A model generated the notes under the pieces. It made no database searches. It saw only the letters and a list, made by a program, of their open reading frames with translations, and was not told where the DNA came from. DNA of 64,000 nt from positions 30,545,547-30,609,546 of the forward strand of contig NC_068997.1 in assembly GCF_001194135.2 (NCBI RefSeq), in the 5' to 3' direction. The DNA is from Octopus bimaculoides (lineage: Eukaryota). Positions 12,610-24,043 of this stretch are shown in pieces (the first letter of the stretch is position 1; every line of letters starts with the position of its first letter). The position numbers and the translations under genes are program-made.

Positions 12610-15600
12610 TATTGGCACTCTCAATGTCGGCACTCTGAAAGGTAGGTCTGGTGAGATTGTTGAGATGCTTGAACGGAGACGGGTTGATCTGTGCTGCATC
12701 CAAGAAGTAAGATGGATAGGAGGGTCCGCGAGGTTTCTCACAGGCAAAGAACAAAGGTACAAGATTTTCTGGGCAGGGAACACTGACGGGATCGGGGGCG
12801 TGGAAATACTTCTAGCAGAGAAATGGGTTGATAAGGTAATCGAGGTCGTTAGAGTAAGTGACAGAGTACTTAAGATTAGACTAGTGCTTCATCATAGGTT
12901 AGCTACCGTCATCTCGGCCTATGCCCTTCAACCGAGGCTACAGGATGGGCAGAAAGACCAATTCTACGACACCCTCTTCCAAACTACCTCATCGACGAAT
13001 GACAGGGACCTTCTCTTTGTGGCTGGTGACTTCAACGGTCATGTAGGACGTCATGCAGGGGGCTTCCATAGCATTCATGGAAATTATGGCTTCGGTTCCC
13101 GCAATGAGGAGGGAACCAGACTGCTGGAGTTCTGTGATACAAACGACCTTATGGTTTGCAATACCAACTTCAGGAAACCAGCCTGTCACCTAGTCACCTA
13201 CCGTTCCGGCAGACACTCTAGCCAAATCGACTACATCCTCGCCAGAAATAAGGAAAGAGGGCAGCTTATAAATGCCAAAGCCTTCCCTGACAAAGTATGT
13301 ACCCCTCAACACAGGTTAGTAGTTAGCGACTTCGAAATCAAGGCAAAAACGATGCCCAGATGTAAACCGGCTTGGAGGAAAAGGGTTTGGAAGCTTAAAG
13401 ATCCTGCATATGGACAGAGATTTAGGGACATACTACTCGAAGCATTTGACGAAATAGAAGGGGATATAGCATCATATAACGTGGAAGACAACTGGAGGTT
13501 TCTACGGGACAACCTGTTGAGAGCCACCGATCAGATCTGTGGCTGGTGTAAAGTCCCCTGCCGACCCAAAGTAACGTGGTGGNNNNNNNNNNNNNNNNNN
13601 NNNNNNNNNNNNNNNNNNNNNNNNNNNNNNNNNNNNNNNNNNNNNNNNNNNNNNNNNNNNNNNNNNNNNNNNNNNNNNNNNNNNNNNNNNNNNNNNNNNN
13701 NNNNNNNNNNNNNNNNNNNNNNNNNNNNNNNNNNNNNNNNNNNNNNNNNNNNNNNNNNNNNNNNNNNNNNNNNNNNNNNNNNNNNNNNNNNNNNNNNNNN
13801 NNNNNNNNNNNNNNNNNNNNNNNNNNNNNNNNNNNNNNNNNNNNNNNNNNNNNNNNNNNNNNNNNNNNNNNNNNNNNNNNNNNNNNNNNNNNNNNNNNNN
13901 NNNNNNNNNNNNNNNNNNNNNNNNNNNNNNNNNNNNNNNNNNNNNNNNNNNNNNNNNNNNNNNNNNNNNNNNNNNNNNNNNNNNNNNNNNNNNNNNNNNN
14001 NNNNNNNNNNNNNNNNNNNNNNNNNNNNNNNNNNNNNNNNNNNNNNNNNNNNNNNNNNNNNNNNNNGATACACGAAGGAGTCATACCCAATGACTGGTGT
14101 AGCAGCACCATAGTCAACTGCTACAAAGGTAAAGATGATGCTTTAGATAGAAATAATTACAGAGGTATCAAGTTGTTAGATCAGGTGATGAAAGTCACGG
14201 AGAGGGTCATAGCCCAACTAATTAGGGAGAGAGTCAGTTTAGATGAGACGCAGTTTGGGTTCATGCCAGGGAAAAGCACCACTGATGCTATATTTCTGGT
14301 AAGACAGCTGCAGCAGAAATACCTAGCCAGGGATAAATCTCTGTACCTGGCTTTTGTTGACATGGAGAAAGCCTTTGAATGGGTCCCCCGATCCCTTATC
14401 TGGTGGTCAATGAGGAAACTAGGAATAGAAGAATGATTAGTGAGAGTTGTGCGAGCCATGTACAGAGACGCTGTCAGTAAGATGAGGGCTGGCAATGAGT
14501 AAAGTGAAGAATTCCGTGTAGAGGTAGGGGTCCACCAAGGTTCAGTCCTCAGCCCCCTCCTATTTATGATAGTCCTCCAGGCAATAACACAGGAATTTAA
14601 GACAGGATGTCCCTGGGCTCCTCTATACTGATGCCCTTGCACTAATCGCTGAGTCACTATCAGAACTAGAGGAGAAGTTTCAGGTGTGGAAGCAGGGACT
14701 AGAATCGAAGGGCTTTAGAGTCAACCTAGCCAAAACCAAAGTCCTTATAAGTAGAAAGGTAGAGAAAACACAAACCACTTCAGGTAGATGGCCCTGCTCG
14801 ATTTGTAGAAANNNNNNNNNNGTCCTTATAAGTAGAAAGGTAGAGAAAACACAAACCACTTCAGGTAGATGGCCCTGCTCGATTTGTAGAAAAGGTGTAG
14901 GTAGAAACTCTATAAGATGCTCCCAGTGCAAGCTATGGACACATAAGAGGTGCAGCAATATCAAAGGAAGGTTAACTAGGAAGTTAGTTTTTGTATGCCG
15001 CAGATGTTTAGGTGCAATAAACACTGTAAATATGCAGAAAACAACTTCTGTCTCATTCCAGGGAGAAAACCTAGACGTAGTTGATAGCTTCTGCTATCTG
15101 GGTGACCAACTTAGTAGTGAGGGAGAGTGCGCTGAAAGTGTAGCTGCTAGAATAAGAATAGCCTGGGCAAAGTTCAGAGAACTCTTACCTCTGCTGGCGA
15201 CAAAGGGCCTCTCACTCAGAGTAAAAGGCAGACTGTATGACGCATGTGTATGAACAGCCATGTTACATGGCAGTGAAACATGGGCCGTGACTGCTGAGGA
15301 CATGCGTAAGCTCACAAGAAATGAAGCCAGTATGCTCCGATGGATAAGTAATGTCAGTGTGCATACCCGACAGAGTGTAAGTATCTTGAGAGAAAAGTTG
15401 AACATAAGAAGCATCCGTTGTGGTGTGCAAGAGAGACGATTGCGCTGGTATAGCCATGTGGTGAGAATGGATGAAGATAGTTGCATGAAAAAGTGCCACA
15501 CCCTAGCGGTTGAGGGAACCTGTGGAAGAGGCAGGCCTAGGAAGACCTGGGATGCCGTGGTGAAGCACGACCTCCGAACATTAGGCCTCACCGAGGCAAT

Positions 15601-15790
15601 GACTTGTGATTGCGACCTTTGGAAATATGCTGTGCGTGAGAAGACCCGGCAGGCCAAGTGAGACCAAAATCCCAGGCCTCTGCCAGGGATGTAGCCAGCC
15701 CACTTACGCATAACATTCCTTTATTGGACACTAAACTCTGCTTGCGAAGACATGGTGAGGCAAGTGAAATCGAAATCGAACTATATTTGT
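12610..15790 (+). mobile_element. RTE LINE, near full-length ORF (APE endonuclease, RT, PHD-like finger), with gaps and a few stops
   Basis: IGTLNVGTLKGR..CIQEVRW, VAGDFNGHVG, SQIDYIL, NYRGIKLL, FVDMEKAF, GVHQGSVLSPLLF; stop at 15659-61, then 3' UTR. Confidence 0.95.
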
Positions 15791-16789
15791 AGGAANNNNN
15801 NNNNNNNNNNNNNNNNNNNNNNNNNNNNNNNNNNNNNNNNNNNNNNNNNNNNNNNNNNNNNNNNNNNNNNNNNNNNNNNNNNNNNNNNNNNNNNNNNNNN
15901 NNNNNNNNNNNNNNNNNNNNNNNNNNNNNNNNNNNNNNNNNNNNNNNNNNNNNNNNNNNNNNNNNNNNNNNNNNNNNNNNNNNNNNNNNNNNNNNNNNNN
16001 NNNNNNNNNNNNNNNNNNNNNNNNNNNNNNNNNNNNNNNNNNNNNNNNNNNNNNNNNNNNNNNNNNNNNNNNNNNNNNNNNNNNNNNNNNNNNNNNNNNN
16101 NNNNNNNNNNNNNNNNNNNNNNNNNNNNNNNNNNNNNNNNNNNNNNNNNNNNNNNNNNNNNNNNNNNNNNNNNNNNNNNNNNNNNNNNNNNNNNNNNNNN
16201 NNNNNNNNNNNNNNNNNNNNNNNNNNNNNNNNNNNNNNNNNNNNNNNNNNNNNNNNNNNNNNNNNNNNNNNNNNNNNNNNNNNNNNNNNNNNNNNNNNNN
16301 NNNNNNNNNNNNNNNNNNNNNNNNNNNNNNNNNNNNNNNNNNNNNNNNNNNNNNNNNNNNNNNNNNNNNNNNNNNNNNNNNNNNNNNNNNNNNNNNNNNN
16401 NNNNNNNNNNNNNNNNNNNNNNNNNNNNNNNNNNNNNNNNNNNNNNNNNNNNNNNNNNNNNNNNNNNNNNNNNNNNNNNNNNNNNNNNNNNNNNNNNNNN
16501 NNNNNNNNNNNNNNNNNNNNNNNNNNNNNNNNNNNNNNNNNNNNNNNNNNNNNNNNNNNNNNNNNNNNNNNNNNNNNNNNNNNNNNNNNNNNNNNNNNNN
16601 NNNNNNNNNNNNNNNNNNNNNNNNNNNNNNNNNNNNNNNNNNNNNNNNNNNNNNNNNNNNNNNNNNNNNNNNNNNNNNNNNNNNNNNNNNNNNNNNNNNN
16701 NNNNNNNNNNNNNNNNNNNNNNNNNNNNNNNNNNNNNNNNNNNNNNNNNNNNNNNNNNNNNNNNNNNNNNNNNNNNNNNNNNNNNNNNN

Positions 16790-17105
16790 CTCCTGATGAT
16801 GTCTTAAACTAACTGGATCCTAATCCACCAAGGGAAGGTATGTCGGAAGAAAGTAATTCAACAACGCGGGTTGATGAACCGTAAGACGTGTGGCCAGAAC
16901 CTCCTGGAAAATAACCATAGCGAGGGACATTCCACAGTTGAATTAGAACAGTCACAAACAGTGAAAGAAGACATGCACCCAACACCAGAGCTGAAGACAC
17001 CTCCGAAAGGTGGTGGCCCCGCCACGTCAAAACTGTAGAGGAGTAGGGGCCGAAACCGGACCTGGTTCCTCCTGATGATGTCTTGAGCTAACTGGATCCT
17101 ATAAA
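16790..17105 (+). repeat. 279-nt direct-repeat unit containing a hammerhead-like motif (PLE terminal repeat or retrozyme-like)
   Basis: ctcctgatgatgtctt..ctaactggatccta occurs at 16790 and 17069 with a few mismatches. The upstream copy is cut by an N gap. Confidence 0.7.
16984..17066 (+). ncRNA. Type I hammerhead-like motif with an inserted GAAA-capped hairpin
   Basis: ACCAG(AG)/CTGGT stem I; CTGAAGA 16991-97; hairpin CACC-T-CC-GAAA-GG-T-GGTG; GGCCCC/GGGGCC stem II; GAAA 17052-55; ACCGGA where palindromic ACCGGT is expected; C17 at 17061. Confidence 0.6.
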
Positions 17106-17149
17106 GGAGCTGTTGTGGTAGCAGACCACAAAACATGGTTGAAATTCCT

Positions 17150-18010
17150 TCCTTCGATAAGTTTCGGCCAGTATTGGCCCAGGCCATATCTAACTTAATA
17201 GCACAACCTGGCGAAGTCATTCAAACCAGGAATCAGAAAATAGGGCCTACTCAGGGAGAGAGTTGTTGTTTATAGAGATATATCCAGGTGTAGGAGATTT
17301 ATCCGGGGGTTTTTGAAGGAATTTGTCCAAAGACTTCTTGAACATTACGGAGTTTGTTTCTACATTAATGTGCTTTGGTGCAATGTTAAAGAGAGTGGAA
17401 CCAATTGAGGTGAAATAATTGTACCATATTGTTATGTGATGTGAGTATGATTTATGTTGTGGACAGGCAGTATGGGGGCAAAGTCTTGAGTGTATCTTCA
17501 AGGTGATGCCAGCCAACATCACTTGAGCAATGCTGATGGAATATTTTCCACATCATGAAGATGATGAAGCGCTCAAGGCAGCGTTGGAGAGAATAAAGTT
17601 CAAACTTTTCTAGTCGACCCTAATTGTCAAGGCCTGTCATGCCATCTATCCTTTTTGTAATTGACCATTGATACTTTGTTTTGTGTGGGAAGACCACAGT
17701 AGGCAACAATATTCAAGGTGGGGCTTGGGCAAAAGTGAAGCAGAGAAGGATAATGGTGTGGTATCTTTTGAGTGGAAAGTTCTGAGAATTCAAGAACACA
17801 TTCTGTGGGCCATGTCAACTTTGCTGTTTATATGAGTGGCCCAGCTTATGTTGTTGTCCACAATTACTCCCAAGTCTCTAATGTTGTTGGATACCATGAA
17901 AGTTTCACTTGAAGGAAGGGAGTATGGGTGTTTCAGTGTATCTTCTTTTCCGAAGTGGATAAACTCAAATTTGTCCTCATTCAGCAGTATATTATTCTTT
18001 TCATTGGACA
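17150..18010 (-). mobile_element. CR1/L2-group LINE 3' fragment
   Basis: LLNEDKFEFIHFG, IRDLGVIVDNNISW..HI, FKKSLDKFL..PD..PTPGY; 3' UTR ends ggcctgggccaatactggccgaaact. Confidence 0.85.
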
Positions 18011-20040
18011 ACGGGTTCAAGTTAATGGAGGAAAAATGTGAGCTCTTGTTAAATAAAATCAAATACTTAGGGCAAGCAACTGACAAAAACGGAAGAAAAC
18101 CAGATCCATCAAAGGCAACAGCAACAAAGGATATGCATATGACCTAGCAAGCTAAGTGAGACCGTAATCATGGCCTATGCCCGTGTCACATAACTGGCCC
18201 ATTTAAGAGTACCCTTCAATCATTGGGCAATAAACTGTGTTTGAGAAGAACTGTTGAGTCAAGTGAAATCATTGTCATGGCCGATGCCTGTACTGCCTGA
18301 TTGGCTTCCGTGCCAGTGACATATTAAAAGTACTATTCGAGCATGGTCGTTGCCAGTGCCATGTGACTGACTACCATGCCAGTGGCATGTAAAAAGCACC
18401 ATTTGAGTGTGGTCGTTGCCAGTGCTACTCTACTGGCTTTTGTGCAAGTGGGACGTAAAAAGCATTCACTACACTCTCAGAGTGGTTGGCGATAGGAAAG
18501 GCATCCAGCTGCAGAAACCTTGCCAGATCAGATTAGAGCCTGGTGCAACTTTCTGGCTTGCCAGTCCTCAGTCAAACCATCCAACCCATGCCATAAGGAA
18601 AACGGACGTTAAACGATGATGATGATAATGATGATGATGCTACAGGCACTTTTGAGTTTGGTAAACTATTACCAAATCTACATTCCAAACATACATAATC
18701 TAAGGGTCCCACTCAATGATCTGCTGAAAAAGAATACAAAATGGTGCTGGTTGGATAAGTGCCAGAAAGCATTCGATGAATTGAAAAATATTTTATCTTT
18801 GGAAACCATACTGGCTACAGATGCAAGTGAATGTGGTGTAGGAGCTGTGCTCCTTCAAAATATAACAGTAGCAGTAAAAGGCTATAGCCCATGTTTCAAG
18901 GTCGTTATTGCCAGCTGAAAAGAATTACAGTCAGATCAAAAAGGATGTGTTAGCAATCATATTTGGTATGAAGAAGTTCCATAGATTTATCCATGGAAGT
19001 CGTTTCTGTTTGCAAATAGATCACCACCCATTGCTGACAATATATGGTTCCAAAAACAAGAATCCCTACGCTCACAGCAAATAGACTACAGTGATGGGGC
19101 ACTATACTTTTAAACTACAACTACAGAATGAAGTATTTACTGTTGGAAAAACTAGGGCATTTGAATGGTTTGTCCAGACTAATACCAAAACACAGTGATC
19201 CATTCGAAGAGACACTAATCGTATCTGTAAGAGCTGAAGGTGAAATAAAAGACGTGATATAGAACATGGTATGATAGCTGCCAGTAACCCTGGAGGATAT
19301 AAAGCAGAAAGCTGTAAATGACAAGTTTATAAAGGAAACAAAAAGAACATTGTGGTCAACAAAAGAAAATAAGAAGTGAGCCTATACTCAATGTGTGATG
19401 GTGTACTGATGTATTTACAGAGAGTAGTGATACCAGAAACACTACAAAAGAAAATGCTGAGAGACTTTCACGTCAGACATCTTGGTATTTCAAGGATGAA
19501 AGCTTTACTACACAGTTGTGTATACTGGCCAAGAATTGACAAAGAAATCAAAAATTCGGTGAAAAGCTGTAGAGGATGTGCTCTAGCAGCAAAATTGTTC
19601 GCTATAAAAAGTGAACCTTGACCAAAAGTAGATGTTCTGTGGTTGAGAATACACATTGATTTTGCTGGTGCTTTAAATAGTTCTTGCTGATGCTTTAAAT
19701 AGTAGTAGCTGATAGTTTCTCAAAACGACCTGAAATTTGTGAATGTGAAAAAAAACAACCTCCGCAACTCTGATAAAGTTTTACCCAAATTGTTTGCAGG
19801 GTTTGGCATCCCAGACATGATAGTGTCTGACAATGGAACGCATTTTGTGTCTCATGAATTTTAAAAAAATTTCGAAACATTCATGGCAGAACATATAACT
19901 ACAGCATCATACCATCTCAATCTAATGACAGGCAGAACGCTGTGTCAATACCTTCAAAAGAGCCCTATGAAAATTGAATAAGGAAGTCACGTATGAGGTA
20001 GCTCTACAACAATTTTAAAAATGTACTGTGTGACACCAAA
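18010..20040 (+). mobile_element. Gypsy pol (RT end, RNaseH, integrase), degenerate and interrupted by an RTE 3' end
   Basis: EKCELLLNKIKYLGQ..PDPSK, then LQALLSLVNYYQIYIP, LATDASECGVGAVL, HVRHLGISRMKAL..YWPRID, RIHIDFAG, VSDNGTHF. Confidence 0.9.
18143..18640 (+). mobile_element. RTE 3' UTR fragment with (GAT)n tail
   Basis: Matches the 7340-7780 and 34850-35440 3' UTRs; ends aacggacgttaaacgatgatgatg. Confidence 0.85.
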
Positions 20041-20214
20041 CCCGATTAATAATTTTAAAAAGTTTTTCATCTTTGGTTTCAACTTTAAAATAAACATGTT
20101 TGTGAATTTTAAATTTTTGGCAAAAAAAAAGACCTTAGTCATGAGTTAATTTTGCTTTATTTCCATAGAACGTATACAAAAACCAAATTTATATCGTTTA
20201 TATCATTTGCTTTT

Positions 20215-20740
20215 TTTTATCTTACTTCTTTCAGGCATTGGACTACAACCATGCTGGGGTGCTGCATTGAACAAATCTATCCCAGTACTAATTTTCTAAG
20301 CTTGGTAGTTATTCTGTCAGTCTCCTTTGTGAAACTGCTATGTTACAGGGATATAAACAAACCAGCATTAGTTTTCAAGCAGTGATGGGAGACAAATGCA
20401 TGGACAAAGACAAGTCAAGTGGTAAGTTGTTGGCATTGGAAAGGACATCCAGGTGTAGAAATGAAGCTAAAACAGACTTGTCAACCTGTCCAACCCATGC
20501 CAGCATGGAAAACGGACGTTAAATGTCATCATGATCATGGTGATGGTGGTGATAACAATGATAATGATGATGATGATGATGATATACAGTAAGCTTTTGA
20601 GTTCCATCTACTAAAGTGACACACAAGGCTTTGGTCAGTCCAGGATTATATTAGAAGACACTGGCCCAAGGCACTGTGCAGCAGGGCTGAACAGAAATGG
20701 TCAAGAAACAAGCTTCTTAATCACATGTACACCTATGTAT
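20215..20740 (-). mobile_element. tRNA-derived SINE (same family as 70-290 and 3892-4040), degraded, with an RTE-type tail inside its central microsatellite
   Basis: Tail-like part at 20215-20410, head-like part at 20590-20740 (cacaaggctttggtcag..agaagacactggcccaagg), and the cccatgccagcatggaaaacggacgttaaa tail at about 20490-20580. Confidence 0.65.
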
Positions 20741-23197
20741 CTGGAAAGTGTATGTTTATCTATGGTGTGATTCCTGCAACTACAATACTGAATCTCTATG
20801 TTCTACAGTTCTACTTCTTCCTATACCTTATTCCCTTTCTTTTCTTCCTCACTTTCTCTTTTTCTCCATCATTCTAACAATATCGGTCTTTCTTTCACTT
20901 CTCTCTTTCCTTTTTCTTTATTTCTCCTAAGAAATAATAGCAAGGTAACAATTTTAGTGGAAGGTCTGATTAATGTAGAGTATTTGTTGATTGTGCTGGT
21001 CTAATCTAAAATTGAATTACCAGCTAACAGAAAATAATTTATGAAAGAACTCAAATTATGCAAATTTCACATTATTCTCATTGACTATATGTAGGCTTTA
21101 TTTTATAATTAATTTACTAATTGTTTCTAGCACTAATAATGGGTGGCCATGGAAAATGCACCAAATACTCTTTATCAGTATAATATTTTGGATGTAACTG
21201 TTTTCAGTGAGTACTAGGAAAAGTTAATGAATTGATTTAAGACAGTGTGTGGAAATATGTAAAGTTCCATCTTTGTAAGATTCATTTGTTAGAATAAGGC
21301 ACCAAGAGTAATGTTTCTCTTTGCAGTGACAAATGGAACAATGCCAACTGTATCTGATTAGTGAAGAAATTAGAAGAAATTAGGAGCCAAAGTATTAGAA
21401 GGTCTAAAGGTCTAAAGGTCTATGGCTTTATAAAAGCTGCATGAAGGAAACGTTACAAAAGTTATTTGAACAATAAAAATTGCAGAAATAACAATATAAT
21501 ATTGACATATTAATAGCAGAGTTCAATCACTCCAAACTGACTGCAGACAAAAGGGCAGTGAATTCTGCTATTTATTGTTGGTTGGGTTCAACAAAATCTG
21601 GAACTGGCTTCCTGAAAATTAATGGCATATATGTAAAGACAATTGTGTTTCAGTCTATTGCTTGCCAAATTCTGTGAATATATTAACAAAATGAAATGCT
21701 GATAATAAGGATTTGTTTATTGTAGATCCCAACTTGCTAGGGAGTGACCCATGCACTATGGTTTCAGAACCACCCACTACATAACATGCAGAATGAGATG
21801 GGCAATATCAGGTAATGAAAATGGTAAACTGTCACTAACTCATTTATAATATTGAATGGCACCATCATAGACAGTCCATTTGGCATTGCCTACCTCTACC
21901 AGTTCAAACACTATTGAAATTATCTATTGTTGTTGTCTACATCTGCTGGTTTTGTGACTGAGATATTGAAAGGGTTGAATATGTTCTGCTTGAGTTCACT
22001 TTTTTGATTTATGAACACAATTGACCCTACAAGAGTAATAGATCGCTCTTAGAATTACTGGACCATGCAAGCCCTCTTCTACGATATGTAATGACTATCA
22101 ACGTAATGGTACAACAATTGCAGCAGTTTTTTTTTCAGTTATTGCCTCCACATTTCTTCCACAACAAATTCTGTTTTCGAGTTTCTGTAAGACTTGATGC
22201 ACCTGTTTACCACATTGCCATGAATTTCAGAATCTTATAAGTTCTTAAGAGATGTCAGATGATTGCCTTGGATTAATATGTAATGGAAAACAAATGAGAT
22301 CTTGAGGCTTTGGACAAACCAATGAAGGATAGTATGACAATAGGTCTCAAAAGTGTAGAGTAGCTGTGTCGTTCTCAAGTGACTTCTATCAGACTCAACC
22401 AGTGATCCCAAAATAGAAAAAAAAAAGCCAATGAAATTCATGCCTTAATTTAGCATGACTTTAAACCAAAATTAAAATCTTTAAACTGCTTAGAAACAGA
22501 GCTAATCTTTTGGGAAGATCAACTTTCCGGTCTAATGAGAAGCCATAATAAGAATAATAAAAAAAAAAACAACCAATACAAAATTGAAAAAGTTAAAATC
22601 GTATTTATCTAAAAAAAAAAAAAAAGGAAGAACAGAATTCTGTAAGACACATATTGAAGGAGAGATAGCACTATAAGATTAGAATCATTTCTGATTGGAG
22701 GAAATAAGAACACTGAGAAATAGCAAATAGATGAATCTCCCAATTAGCCACATTAAGAAGAGGGACAAGAGGAGAAAGTCAAGGCGAAAAATGACCATGG
22801 AAGTATTTATAGAACAGAGATAAATAAGTCATGTCACAGTGTTAAAAATGGGGTTGAAGTTTAGCTGACAAAACCGGGCCAATAATTTCAGAAACGTACT
22901 TTGAATTCAATCAAGGAGAGGAAAAATATTAGCAGAGGTACCAACCCAAATGTAACAACATTATTCTATAAAAGATTAAATATTCATAAAAATGAAGAAT
23001 ACATTTGGCGGAAAGACAATGATTATCACAATAAAGACAAATTTATAGTGTCAAGTACTGGAGACAAATCCAGGCATGTTTCAAACTTATTTTGATTTCA
23101 TCAGCAAAACACTGACTCCACTTGTCAACATAGTAATAGGAGATTCACTGAGTAAATGTGGATTGGATGGCATAGAAAAATAGAATTGCTTAGGTAT

Positions 23198-23546
23198 TTG
23201 TTGTGGAAGGATTCCGACCACCAAAGAAGTGGCTAAAAGGGAACTGACTCACTGTTATAAATTAAAGAACTGTGAATGACTGGCAGTTCATGTTGGTAAG
23301 CAGTTCACTGCTAGCCGTGACAGAGCATTGAGTCAATGTAATAGTAATAGTAGTGTGTTGCGTATATATTGTATTCCGCAGCTTTTTTTATTATATTAAA
23401 AATTCAATAGAAGGCTATAAAAGTGGTGGTGAGATGTTCAAAGCTTGCATTGGACATTAAAAAATGTTATTGGTATGGCCCCCACCTCCCTCCAAAAGAA
23501 AAATCATTTAACATGGAGAACTTATTGGCCTCTATGGTGCAGTTGC

Positions 23547-23577
<31 letters not shown>

Positions 23578-23610
23578 TTACAGCAGCAACTACAACAAAA
23601 CTAACAGTTG
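23198..23610 (+). mobile_element. Gypsy LTR-like segment, decayed PBS-like motif and poly-Q gag start
   Basis: Starts TGTTGTGG. The last 120 nt resemble 26992-27118. It is followed by tggtggtgag (compatible with CpG decay of TGGCGACGAG) and MENLLASM..QQQQQQQQQLQQQLQQ across a frameshift. Confidence 0.5.
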
Positions 23611-23845
23611 AAATTAATGTTGAAGAAGTCTGAAAATATCAGGTCCTCCCATAAGTTCTGTCTGATTTTGCCATTTTCTACAATTGAATGAAATTTCATA
23701 GTATTTTAGAATGTCTAATGAAATTTAAAATTATTTTTATGCATTTGTGTACATTTAAACTGTTCTATATTTAAGAGATGAGGAATTATGTACATTATGT
23801 ACATTATTTACAATTGACAGATAATTGTCCTCATCTTGTCTGTTG

Positions 23846-23893
23846 TTAATACAAGTTTTCAGCTGATATATCCTCCAGCCTTCATCAGGGGTC
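23846..23893 (-). ncRNA. Minimal type I hammerhead motif, degenerate copy
   Basis: Minus strand: gaccc CTGATGA a GGCTG gaggatatat CAGCT GAAA acttgtatt. Core and stem II are present; stems I and III are imperfect. Confidence 0.7.
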
Positions 23894-23967
23894 TTGGGGA
23901 AATTTCAGACCTGGGTTCTCATTCCTAAGATATTTTTCGATGTTGTTGTTGTTGTTATTATTATCAT

Positions 23968-24043
23968 TCAGGTTGCTGCTTGGAATCGAACTTGGAATCT
24001 TGGGGTTAATAGCCCGTGCTCTTAACCACTACGCCACATGCCC
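23968..24043 (-). ncRNA. tRNA-derived sequence with Pol III A and B boxes (not a canonical tRNA gene)
   Basis: A box TGGCGTAGTGG, anticodon-like arm GGG-CTATTAA-CCC and B box GTTCGATTCC. The acceptor stem does not close. Confidence 0.8.

Noticed and set aside
14741-14893. 72-bp direct duplication inside the RTE
   Set aside because: Identical copies flank a 9-N gap and the copy at about 33970 has only one; this is an unmerged contig overlap.
21560-21625. Possible alternative terminal TRPM exon (ttttcag|GAAGCC..AATAAATAG, minus strand)
   Set aside because: It would add only 14 non-homologous residues; the acceptor and AATAAA can arise by chance in AT-rich DNA.
23065-23110. Hammerhead-like CTGATGA..GAAACATG on the minus strand
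   Set aside because: Stem II is mismatched, U16.1 is missing and stem I is mostly wobble pairs; at best a decayed relic.
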